34,517 nucleotides of DNA from Nemertoderma westbladi (taxonomy: Eukaryota > Animalia > Xenacoelomorpha). The notes below the pieces were generated by a model that made no database searches, was not told where the DNA came from, and saw only the letters and a list, made by a program, of their open reading frames with translations. Location: the NCBI GenBank assembly GCA_032718475.1, contig JAUCBJ010005655.1, positions 1-34,517 on the forward strand, written 5' to 3'. Positions within the stretch are counted from its first letter, which is position 1. Each line of letters starts with the position of its first letter. The position numbers were made by a program, and so were the translations under genes. Positions 10,216 through 19,884 of the stretch are shown in pieces.

Positions 10216-11370
10216 GGGTCTCGTTGTTCTTGCTCCTATCGGGGTATATTGTTGATATTGTGATGGGGGAATGTCACCCTGTCCCCCCCCCCCCCACCGG
10301 TATGTTTGGTACTGGGGTTGATGTTAATATGTTGGGGCCCATGCACCTATCCGCAATAATTCCCCCCTCCCCTGGGTATATGTTATGTCCCTGCATGCTG
10401 TAGTCATACTGCTGTGCTGGTACCGGTATAGGCCTATCAGCTTCTGGCCTACTCGCCAGTATGTATTCCGCGACTTCCGGGTTTAATCCCGTTGTCCACG
10501 CCATCCTATCGCCTACATTGCCTCTCTCAGCATGGCCTATGGTATGTGCAGTAAGGCCTACAGTATGTCCTACAGTCTGCATGTGTTGTTCGGGATCGAA
10601 GTTTATTCTTCTCGAATAATCCTCCCCGCGGCTACCGTATTCTCGATCGATAGGTGTATTCCGTCGGAAAGTTTCTCTTCGACCCCCCTCTCTACTGTTC
10701 TCATCTTCGTACCGGTACATCGCGTACCCCTCTCTCGGCGCGTAGTGCGCCTCGCCGGGTCGCATCTCTCCGGGGCGACGGCAATCTCCCGGAGTCCGAC
10801 CCCACTGACTCTCTGTTCTCATCTCGACCACCGACGGCTCGCTATCCGTCCTCGCTCTTCTGTCGTTCGCGGCGATACCTCTACTACTATCTTCTCTTCT
10901 TCTCCTTTCAGTGGAGTATTCCCGCTCGTGAGATCTCTCGTCGACCTCCCGGTTAAACCCCACTGTTCTTCTTCCCTCTTCTGATCGGGCTCGACGCTTC
11001 ATCCGCCCTCTCACGACGTCAACCTGTCTCTCTCTACTCGGTCGCACGCCGCTGGGGATACTCGCAATCCCCCTATTACTTTCCGTCGCCAGTTGTTGCG
11101 GTTTACCTATTTTGGCCCTCGCATTATCCGCTGACGGCTGTGGGGCATTCTCTGCCCCCCCCCCCCTTTCGCCGCTAACTCGCTGTTGTGGGGCCCCTGT
11201 AGCCCCCCCCCCCCCCACTCACCACATCTAACTTCGCTATCCCTCACTACGCTACTATATCCCTCTTTAGTCGACACATCAACCCTATCGCGGTCGGGTC
11301 TATTCACCCCCGCCTCTCTCTCTGCTATTGCGTGGCCTACCAGGCCCTCTGCTCCCTGCCCACCGACCAT

Positions 11371-11980
11371 GCGGCCTACCAGGCCCTCGCTGGGTCCATC
11401 CAACCCAGCCACTCCCTGCCTACCAACTACGTGGCCTACCAGGCCCTCGCTGGGTCCATCCAACCCAGCCACTCAATGCCTACCAACTACGTGGCCTACC
11501 AGGCCCTCGCTGGGTCCATCCAACCCAGCCACTCCCTGCCTACCAACTACGTGGCCTACCAGGCCCTCGCCGGGTCTACCTAACCCAGCCACTCCCTGCC
11601 TACCAACTACGTGGCCTACCAGGCCCTCGCCGGGTCCATCCAACCCAGCCACTCCCTGCCTACCAACTACGTGGCCTACCAGGCCCTCGCTGGGTCCATC
11701 CAACCCAGCCACTCCCTGCCTACCAACTACGTGGCCTACCAGGCCCTCGCTGGGTCCATCCAACCCAGCCACTCAATGCCTACCAACTACGTGGCCTACC
11801 AGGCCCTCGCTGGGTCCATCCAACCCAGCCACTCCCTGCCTACCAACTACGTGGCCTACCAGGCCCTCGCCGGGTCTACCTAACCCAGCCACTCCCTGCC
11901 TACCAACTACGTGGCCTACCAGGCCCTCGCCGGGTCCATCCAACCCAGCCACTCCCTGCCTACCAACTACGTGGCCTACC
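11371..11980. repeat. 60-bp tandem array (~10 units) with a 300-bp higher-order duplication, encoding (VAGLDGPSEGLVGHVVGRQG)n in Gag
   Basis: Successive 60-nt lines are near identical; the variant order A-B-C-D-A repeats at 11401-11700 and 11701-11980. Confidence 0.97.
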
Positions 11981-12609
11981 TGGGCCCCATCTGTCTGGCC
12001 ATACACGCCCGACGTGTTTACATTAATAGCACCCGTATTGGGAACGGAATTAACTTGTTCGTTCGAAATAAAATCATTTGAATTATCTTGTAAATTCGGG
12101 CTTGGCTCATTAATTAAATTATTTGAATTATTATTATTTTGATTATTTGGATTATTTTGTGTAGCTACATTAATGTTAGGATTATATTCTACATTAATAT
12201 TAAGATTGTTCTGATTTAAATTTAAATTACTACCACCAGGGAAAGTATTTTCTGCAATAAAGGTTTGATTAGAATTATCCCATATGATACTATTAATATT
12301 AACCACGTCTACTGTACCATTAACATTATTACCCCCCCCGCCCGTACGGTCACACCAGTTTTGGGTCTGTCGTGCGGTCCCTGTAAGTGGGGTATTAATA
12401 AATGTATCCACGGCCCCTGGCTCCTCTAAAATACTCGAGCCTGTCTCGCTCTCAGACGCCCCCGCCCGCACCAGTTGCAGCTCGTGCGCGCGTCTAACCC
12501 TATGTTCCCCAAGCTCACTTTGGCGTCTCTTTAATTCCTCGTGGTCTCGCTCGGCTCCTGCCATTCTCCTCTCACACTCCCGCGTGTCCCGCTCAGCCAA
12601 CTCTACTAC

Positions 12610-12900
12610 TTTCCTAGCACTCTCCCTTCGCCTCGCTTCACGCTCCTTACGTTCACTTTCCTTTCTCGCCTCATGCTCCTTGCGTTCCGCCTCACGCTCT
12701 TTGCGTTCCTTTTCCTCCCTTGCCTCACGCTCCTTGCGTGCCCTTTCTTCTCTCGCCTCATGTTCCTTACGTTCCGCCTCGCGCTCTTTGCGTTCCCTTT
12801 CCTCTCTCGCCTCACGCTCCTTGCGTTCCCTTTCCTCTCTCTCGCCTCACGCTCCTTGCGTTCCCTTTCCTCTCTCGCCTCACGTTCCCTACACTCCTTT
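12610..12900 (-). repeat. 33/21-bp coding repeats giving an E/R/K-rich helix (REERERKEREA)n
   Basis: Repeated cctcacgctccttgcgttcc units; corrected translation REERERKEREAREERERKEREAERKEHEA... Confidence 0.85.
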
Positions 12901-14092
12901 TCCTCTATTTCCTCACACTCCCTAAGGCCTCTCAAAGCCCTTTCGGCCCTCTCTCCGGTTTCTCTAATCAATGCCGCTTCCCTCTCTAGCCGCATTCTCC
13001 CCTCCTCTAGCCGTTTATCCATTTCCCTTTGACCTTTCTCTATCAGCTCGAGACGGTACGCGGCACCTGCCTCTCTCACCCGTCTTTCTTTCGCGGAGGA
13101 TGTAGCAGACTTATCGGTTACGACGGACTCCCTCCGCCTTCCCGATCTACTAGCTTTCCCCCTCCTCCCGGAACTCCCTCCGACCGACGAGGCCGAATCC
13201 TCGGGGTTAACCTCGGATTCGCCCCCTTCAGGTCTGTTCCAACCCATTAATTTTATACCCCGGGCATCGATTAAATATGGCCCTATGTACACTACACTAG
13301 GTTGTATACCCCCATGCCGCCATGAGTCATACAGTTCCTCGGCAACCTTTCTCGCTCTCTCCTCGGCCAATTCTCTCTGCCCGAAACGCATTAGGTAGTA
13401 TAAATGTCTGTCCGACTTACCTAGTCCTGACTTCAGTTTTACCTCGTCTATCGTTTTCCCCTTTCTGGCCTTCTCTAGTAGTCTCCGGGTCGCGTTGTAG
13501 GCCCGTCGAAGTCGCTCAGAAACCCCGACGTCCTCGTCGCCGACCCCTCGTCCGTCTCTCCGGGTTCGACGTCGTACCGGCGGCCCCACCGTCGCCGTTT
13601 CGGCGGGCCGTCCGTCGCCGTTTCGGCGGGCCGTCCGTCGCCCTCGGCCTGTGGCTGGCCGGCGACATTGGTATCGACACCTCCGTCGTCTCTCCGGGTC
13701 CTTCCTCGTACCGTCGGCCCTTCCGTCGTCATCTCGGTGGGCCGTTCGTCGCTCTCGGCCTGTAGCTGGCCGGCGACATCGGTGCGTCGACCCTCTTCCC
13801 GTGTCGACTCGTCTCCTTCTCCCTCGAGCCCGCTCTCTCTGTCCTCCGACTCGACTCCCCCTCCTCTCGACTCGGCTTCTGACTCCAGACGGTCTCCCTC
13901 GTCTTGAACTTCCAGGTCGCCCGTTATCGATGGCTCCGGCGTCGTAGGCCTATACCACCTGGTCGCGGCCTCGCGGATCGTTTGTTCTTCGTCCGGGGTC
14001 CGCGTCGGTGTTATTTCTCCCGACTGACTCATCTTTCTTTATCTCTAAATTGGTCGCTGATGATTACAGAGTTTATCTAGGGCGGCAGCTGA

Positions 14093-14101
14093 TTTAGTTA
14101 C
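14093..14101 (-). promoter_or_regulatory. Putative non-tRNA primer-binding site of element 2 (GTAACTAAA)
   Basis: Directly follows ...CCCGTCACA on the minus strand. Exact reverse complement of 14264-14272 in the same LTR (11 bp with one bulge). Confidence 0.6.
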
Positions 14102-14581
14102 TGTGACGGGATCCAAGAGGGATACCGGTTTATCCGGTTTTAGTTCACGCGTCCCCGCCGTGTATAAAGAGTGAATAAGTTCGTGCTGTTTGTCGTGTAT
14201 AATATGATATGCAGGTATAGATATAGATATAGATATATTGTCGTATACGGAAGGCGGGATACGGTAACTAAAGTCCCGGTCCTTCCCTAGCTAAACTATT
14301 GTAACCTAATCTAGCACCGGTAATGCACTGAGATAACTGAACTGATATGATTACAGGTTACTGGTTATATTGCACGGTGGCCTTATTGCTACTCAATCGA
14401 TGCCTTTCCCCCCTCTGATTGGTTGATACCCTTGTTGGCGCCCTTTGGAGTGTTCCCGTTCATTCCACCTATTCTCTCTGGGTTAGGGGTTTGGCCCCTG
14501 ACCCTCATTGTGTGCTTCTCCTTCCCATTCTCATTGGGATGGCACGAGTTGGTTAATTACCCAATCTCGTGGCTCCCAATA
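14102..14581 (-). repeat. 5' LTR of element 2 (~480 bp)
   Basis: Ends ...GTCACA at 14102, 70 bp upstream of the gag ATG. Has CCAATCAGAG (14422-14413), TATA-like AATATAA (14371-14365) and Inr-like TCAGTT (14345-14335). Outer boundary uncertain: it reads TATTGGGAG, a possibly mutated TGT. Confidence 0.55.
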
Positions 14582-14920
14582 TTGCTTATCGGCTTATAAC
14601 TTTATGGGGTGTTAGCGGGATTGAATAAGCTAACATATTTTCTATTAATAAAAAAAGGATTAGTACACCAATTTTCGTCCAGCAAATAAGCATTCTTAAA
14701 GGTGTTGTGCTTCCCAATTTTGTGCCAAAATTTGTTTGTTTTAAAGAGCCTCGTGGCAAACGCTCACGTCCATGAGTAGTGCTTGGTAATTTTCTGGCGA
14801 TAAATATCAAAGCTAAAATACTCAGTTTTTTCTCAAAGTGCTGGGTTACGAAAGGGGTAGAATATTCCGAATTTATACTTCCGAAAATTCCTTGCAAGTA
14901 TAAATATGAATATTCTATGT

Positions 14921-15070
14921 TTCAAAGAGATCTTTAGATTAAATCCTGATGCCGTTGAATTTCTCTAAAATGTTGTTGGAGCTGCCATTGACACGCCAAC
15001 AAACCGTAATCACTCGCTTTCAGTAAAGGAACAAATTCTAACTGTTCTTAGATTTTATGCATTGAATGGT
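14921..15070 (+). pseudogene. PIF/Harbinger (HARBI1-like) transposase N-terminal fragment
   Basis: Translates FKEIFRLNPDAVEFL*NVVGAAIDTPTNRNHSLSVKEQILTVLRFYALNG, matching the F-R-L...RNHAL...Q-L-ALRFYA pattern; one in-frame stop. Confidence 0.8.
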
Positions 15071-15106
15071 GAAAACAACTTTAGACTTTAAACAACTTTT
15101 ACAACC

Positions 15107-15246
15107 CCGGGGGGCAATTGTCCGGAGGGCAATTGTCCGGGGGCAATTGTCCTGGGGGCAATTGTCCGGGAGGTAATTGTCCTCGGGGGACAATTTTCCG
15201 GGGGGCAATTGTCCTCGGGGGCAATTGTCCGGGGGGCAATTGTCCT
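15107..15246. repeat. 15-16-bp minisatellite (GGGGGCAATTGTCC)x9
   Basis: Nine visible copies; explains the spurious GGNCP/RTIAP ORFs. Confidence 0.95.
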
Positions 15247-16396
15247 AGTTCCGGAAATAATATTGGCGTACTTATAATTCAATGTTTTAAGTTCAGTTTC
15301 AGCTTTGGTGTATTTTCCGAAAGGCCCTAATTTCGGTGCACCAAAAGTGAGCTACCACTAGGTAGTCATATCCTAGTCTGAAAAACCTACTACAGCAAGC
15401 CAACAAAGCCAAACTAGAAGTTATTAAAATAACACAAATTTAGAAATTTTGTCATGGGACTACTTCTATTTTTCGTGAAAATTCTGATACCCAGCTTACG
15501 GAATTTTCATTTTTTAAGATTTTGAACTGTTCTTCCATTATTTTCTGTTGCCACAGCCCAAATTTTATAGGATATCATTGCTGCGCCACTGCTGCTAATG
15601 GTTTATACACCCCAGTGGTAATAGGGTTAAATAATGTACGTGTTCTGTATATAGGCCTACGGTATACAGTACAACTCGGCAATAATATACGGTAGGCAAT
15701 ATATTTAATAGTTAATAAGCGATGCAAAATGCCAACCCTAACAAACAGAGTGATATAAAACGTACTAATATCCATCCTTTCTTCTTCAATTTAATACTAT
15801 AGCAATAATAAAATCTAATTTTTGTAGTCACCCACAGTACAGCAATAATAAAATCTCAAATATTATTATGACTTATTCAGCTGAATGTAGTGTGATTTTA
15901 GAATTTAGTGATCATGGCTAATATTACATGTCCTTGTCACATAAAATGTCTAGGTGATGGCGATAATGGCGATAGTTCCAGAACACACGGTATTTATTTT
16001 TCATAGGGAACTTTATGTAAAATATATCCAACCAACAACAATACCGACCACTATCATACGTATACAGTAAAGTACGTCTTCTAATGTCCACCTATTATAT
16101 CTACTGATATGTTTATTCTGCTATTTTCACGTATATAATTTGTTCAAAAGTATGATGGTTCTTCAATTTATCGATAGCTAGTGATATTTTCATCATTGCT
16201 GGTGTTTTGCGGGTACTAGTGTGTTAAAAAAAGGTGTGTAAATGTTAGTTTATTGGTTAATTTGGCAACAGAGTTTCTGTTAGCACTTTAATTAAAAAAA
16301 CCTGCGTTAGCGTGCTGAGGAATCTGTATACATGTTTGTGTTTGACTGTGTGCCTAATTTAGAGTAGTAACATCCTAAGAATACCTTTCTCCATAC

Positions 16397-16529
16397 TTCT
16401 TCTTAACAAATTTGGTTGGAAATGCCCTGGAGCCTTTTTATATCAAAAAGGCAAAAAAAAACCCTTTTTTGGGGCCTTTTTGATCTAAAAAGGCTCCAGA
16501 GCATTTGAGGCAAAATTTGTTAAGAAGAA
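16397..16529. repeat. Long imperfect palindrome (56-bp arms, 21-bp spacer), probably internal to a non-autonomous DNA transposon
   Basis: ttcttcttaacaaatttggttggaaatgccctggagcctttttatatcaaaaaggc (16397-16452) is nearly the reverse complement of 16474-16529. Confidence 0.85.
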
Positions 16530-16832
16530 TTGGATGCAGGGTTCTTCCGAACCTATAATCCAAATTTCGACAAATTTCAACAAATATTGGTGGAGAAATG
16601 GCCCTTGCCGCAAAAAGGGCCTTTTGGCTTTTACGGAGTCATTTTGAGGCCAATTTTAAAAATATTTGCTTTGGCTATTCTCAGATAGTCCAGACGATGT
16701 TTAGTAGCAGAAAAAATAATTTTCACCCAATTTTATGGTCCAGAGACACAAAAATGTGAGGCTCAATTTGGGGGTGCTACCCCCCCCCCCCCCCCCCCAA
16801 TTAAAGCAATTGTCCCGAAACGTAAACTGCCC

Positions 16833-16879
16833 TGGTTCCCATGCCGGGTTTGAACCCACAACCTCTGCAGTGATGGGAA
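16833..16879 (-). pseudogene. tRNA-derived fragment (Glu-like 3' half with encoded CCA), probably a SINE head or retro-pseudogene
   Basis: Minus strand reads TTCCCATCACTGCAGAGGTTGTGGGTTCAAACCCGGCATGGGAACCA: B-box GGTTCAAACC and a ...GGGAA-CCA end; no D-arm. Confidence 0.5.
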
Positions 16880-17125
16880 TTTAATGTAACTGATTTAACT
16901 ACTGGTACAACGACAAAGGCCTAGGAATGGGTTTTTGCAATTAGTTTCATCGATCAATACAATAATTATTTCTAATGATATACTGCAGATTGTAATGAAA
17001 ATTGTTTTATCCTACAAATTCACATTAAAATATTTTCAAGCAAAAAATATTTTTCACAGAAAAATTAAAAAAAATGATTATCTGATGGTTTTAAATGGTA
17101 TAATACTTCCTACTCTGTGATAGAA

Positions 17126-17185
17126 GCCGAAACCGGAGGCGACCCTAAGGCTCTATAGCTGCTACCCGAAGGTAGGGGTGGTTGC
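17126..17185 (-). mobile_element. 3' tail fragment of the SINE family at 22247-22483
   Basis: ggaggcgaccctaaggctc..atagctgctacccgaaggtaggggtgg is the reverse complement of ~22400-22463 with a small deletion. Confidence 0.8.
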
Positions 17186-18485
17186 AGGACAATGCTGTAT
17201 TGGGAAGATTTGAAATCTTTTTACCCCAGAATTATATTTTTCGTTTTTATTTTTCACTCATGTACCAGTTTCTCTGGAAATTGCATGAAATTGTCAGCAT
17301 ATATTCTTCTACTAATCCATTATATCTGGAACCACAACTTAGACATGTCGGTTAGAGATTGTAAAAGGTGCATTATAAAAAAACGGCCAAAATATGTGTT
17401 TTCAATTTTTAAATTGACATTTTTCATTTTGAAAATTTCTGATGACTTAAATGGCTTTTTTTATTTTATTTGGTTCCACGTTTGAGACACGCGCTACATT
17501 AATTCCCATAAAAATTTCAAGCCATTCTGTTGAATCAATTACTCAGAAATGGTACATATAAGCTTTATAGTCCAATGTATTGACATTTACGTGCCTCAAG
17601 TATAATATCCTACGTATCTCTAATAACAGCAGACCTACCGGCCCCAAGTATGTTAGAGTAAAACAGGAGGGAGGTACAAATAAATAAATATTCAGCTCAA
17701 GTATTGCTGCCAGGTGATATTAATAAATGAATTGGCGTTGAGCTGTTAATGCAACTGTAATTAATGATGTAATATTATGGTTTTGTTCAGAAATGGAAAA
17801 AATTAGGAAGCAAGCACCGGGGGTTGAACCAGCGCCTTAGCTAAGGTTGAATTATGCAACCGGGTCCCGGTCTACAACATCAAGTCAAGTAAATAAAGTT
17901 AGTTAAGTCATTGCAACTATAATTTATTAATTTATATTGTAAATATTAACCAAACATAAACCAATAACCATATAACATCTAAACTGGTAACATATAGCAG
18001 TTGTGTTTAATGAATCATATACTGTAGAACTGTAGACCAAGGTACAGTATCTCTTCTACGACTCATTGGGAATTCAAACTGCAAAATAAAAAAGTTAAAG
18101 TATATAATTTTATAATAAATAAAACTTTAACATATTTATTCAGGAACTACATAGTATTATTAATCAGGAACTTTTCACCAAAATATATCATATCGTGTAT
18201 TATTTATTTAATTGCCATAGGCCTATAGAAATGTTATACGAGATACTTTAAAGCAACCATATAGCAGAATATTTCATAGAGATGGTGATGGAGGTCATTA
18301 GGAATTTAGTGAAATAAAATTAAATGTTTCGTATTAAATTTTTTTACACATTGCCTTTCCTATCCGCGGTAAGTGGTTTTACTCAGTAGAAAAAAAAATT
18401 AATTTTATAATTAAATGTAAAAGTTAGTTTCCAACGCTATTCTATTGAAATTATTAAGAAATTTTAAATAAAACTTACAGTTTTA

Positions 18486-19103
18486 CTAAATCGAAATCGT
18501 CATTTCAACTCGAGAAGCCGGTTGATCATAAGTAAAATCAACCCAAAAAATTCCTTTCTTATACTCCCCACCGTATTCTCCGTTCAAGTTACTGACCGCG
18601 CAATTTCTGTACCACCACCCTCCAGTACATTCAACGGCGCAGTTGCCGGAGCTCCAATCATTATCGCGGTCCCGGGTGGTGAATTGCCGACCGTTATGAT
18701 AGTACAAGCAGTCACCAGCAGTACCATGGTAACCGGATACGTCTAGGCGATAATTATTTGCAGCTGAACCGATAGCGAATTTGTTGTATTCCGCGTATTT
18801 GTGTTCGTTGATGTATTCCGCCGGCTGGTGGGTTTGAAGATCCCATACATTTCCAGTGTACCACAAATCGATTCTCAACTTCACCCCCCCTAGACTCTCC
18901 CGGTGGATCGTCTCCAACCCTATCCAAAAATTAGTATTCAAGTAGCCAAATCCGTTAACATATTCGTTCCAGGTACGGTAAAAGTCAACAGATCCATCAA
19001 CTCTTTGTTGGATCTTCAAGGGGAGTACATGTATGTATCTTTTGTTTAACTTATATTGTCCAGTTTGTACGGTAGCCAGATCTACTTCTTGTTGGTCAGT
19101 TTC
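18486..19103 (-). CDS. Secreted fibrinogen-related-domain (FReD, ficolin/tachylectin-5-like) protein, exon 2
   Basis: Acceptor gttttag|GAA at 19103, in frame with the track ORF: ETDQQEVDLATVQTGQYKLNKR-YIHVLPLKIQQRVDGSVDFYRTWNEYVNGFG..FWIGLE..YAEY..F-TRDRDND..NCA..GGWWYRNC..SNLNG; stop at 18486-18488. Confidence 0.92.
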   Translation of the reverse strand, partial: ETDQQEVDLATVQTGQYKLNKRYIHVLPLKIQQRVDGSVDFYRTWNEYVNGFGYLNTNFWIGLETIHRESLGGVKLRIDLWYTGNVWDLQTHQPAEYINEHKYAEYNKFAIGSAANNYRLDVSGYHGTAGDCLYYHNGRQFTTRDRDNDWSSGNCAVECTGGWWYRNCAVSNLNGEYGGEYKKGIFWVDFTYDQPASRVEMTISI

Positions 19104-19641
19104 CTAAAACAATAATTATTGCGTATCTAACTTTAGCTTATTTATATATTAATTAAAAATATTTTAGTTTTCATAATTATTAGATAAAAATACGATGCAG
19201 TTTTGTACAGGTAGGCTTACTCGCACATAAATTTAACAAGGCTTTGGTGGAGCAAGTTAGGCGGGGTTCTTTTGGGGGTAGGTAGGTCTACATACTGTAT
19301 TTATCTTTTTTGTGCTTTCGGCGGAGAAAACTAATTTATTTCGAAAAAGTGACTTTTATATTATAATTATTATTAATTAACGTGTAATTAATGAACTCTG
19401 TAGTTTGAATAGTGTAACTTGACAGATAGGATACGGATGTCAGAGAGTAGTTGAGACACAGAGAGGTTACGGAAGTCAAATGTGCTAACACCCAAACGGA
19501 ATATTGATTTAAACCAATCTTAGTTACAGTAGTACGATGAAGGTTTTTGTAAAATTTTAACAGCAAAACTTAGTTGTAAGTATAGTTAGAACTTCAATGG
19601 CTCTATAAACAGATTGATTCTTCATTAAATAACAAACTTAC

Positions 19642-19746
19642 ATTGTCTCTTTCGACCAATTCGCTTGAGTTACCATGGTGCTCTCCATGACACCCCACAG
19701 CTAAAAGAGCTGCAAGAGTCAAAAATAGAAGAGATTCCTTGAACAT
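19642..19746 (-). CDS. FReD gene exon 1 (signal peptide)
   Basis: ATG 19746 gives MFKESLLFLTLAALLAVGCHGEHHGNSSELVERDN, then a GTAAGT donor at 19641 in phase 0, compatible with exon 2. Total 240 aa. Confidence 0.85.
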
Positions 19747-19839
19747 TTTAAGGTTTACAAAATACTTCACGCACTAAAATACAATTATTCTGCGAATTAA
19801 TATAACGACACTAACACGCCATACTTAAACAATATAATA

Positions 19840-19880
19840 TAAATAAATAAATAAATAAATAATAAATAAATAAATAAATA
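19840..19880. repeat. (TAAA)n microsatellite
   Basis: Visible run of taaa units. Confidence 0.9.
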
Positions 19881-19884
19881 ATAT

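Larger units (their letters stand above)
10283..14032 (-). pseudogene. Disrupted ~1250-codon N-terminal extension of element 2 Gag
   Basis: The track ORFs join into one frame from ATG 14032 after correcting a 23-bp duplication (13589-13634), an extra CT (~12836-12843), indels in the C14 (11203-11216) and C13 (10283-10295) runs, and two TGA codons (11473-11475, 11773-11775). Contains VNPEDSASS, resembling the P-x-DS-x-S motif common in BEL gag N-termini. Confidence 0.8.
6122..14581 (-). mobile_element. BEL/Pao LTR retrotransposon 'element 2' (5' LTR, gag, PR, RT, RNase H), truncated at the integrase by element 1
   Basis: Domain order gag-Zn knuckles-PR-RT-RH with BEL-type motifs; LTR-like region upstream of ATG 14032. 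Confidence 0.92.

Noticed and set aside
11473-11775. TGA codons as selenocysteine or programmed read-through
   Set aside because: They replace Gly in only two of ten repeat units, no SECIS is evident, and the region also has frameshifts.
11371-11980. CRISPR-like appearance of the regular arrays (also 30770-31865)
   Set aside because: The units are contiguous with no unique spacers, there are no cas genes, and the context is eukaryotic.
11186-12142. 318-aa mucin-like and 232-aa plus-strand ORFs
   Set aside because: Antisense readings of a GC-rich 60-bp repeat that happens to lack stops; no signal peptide or independent support.
14586-15330. Track ORFs of 103, 64 and 70 aa
   Set aside because: No protein motifs; they overlap the Harbinger relic region and the 15-bp minisatellite.
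16205-16226. gtactagtgtgTTAA as a piggyBac-type terminus
   Set aside because: No matching opposite end or transposase was found in the window.
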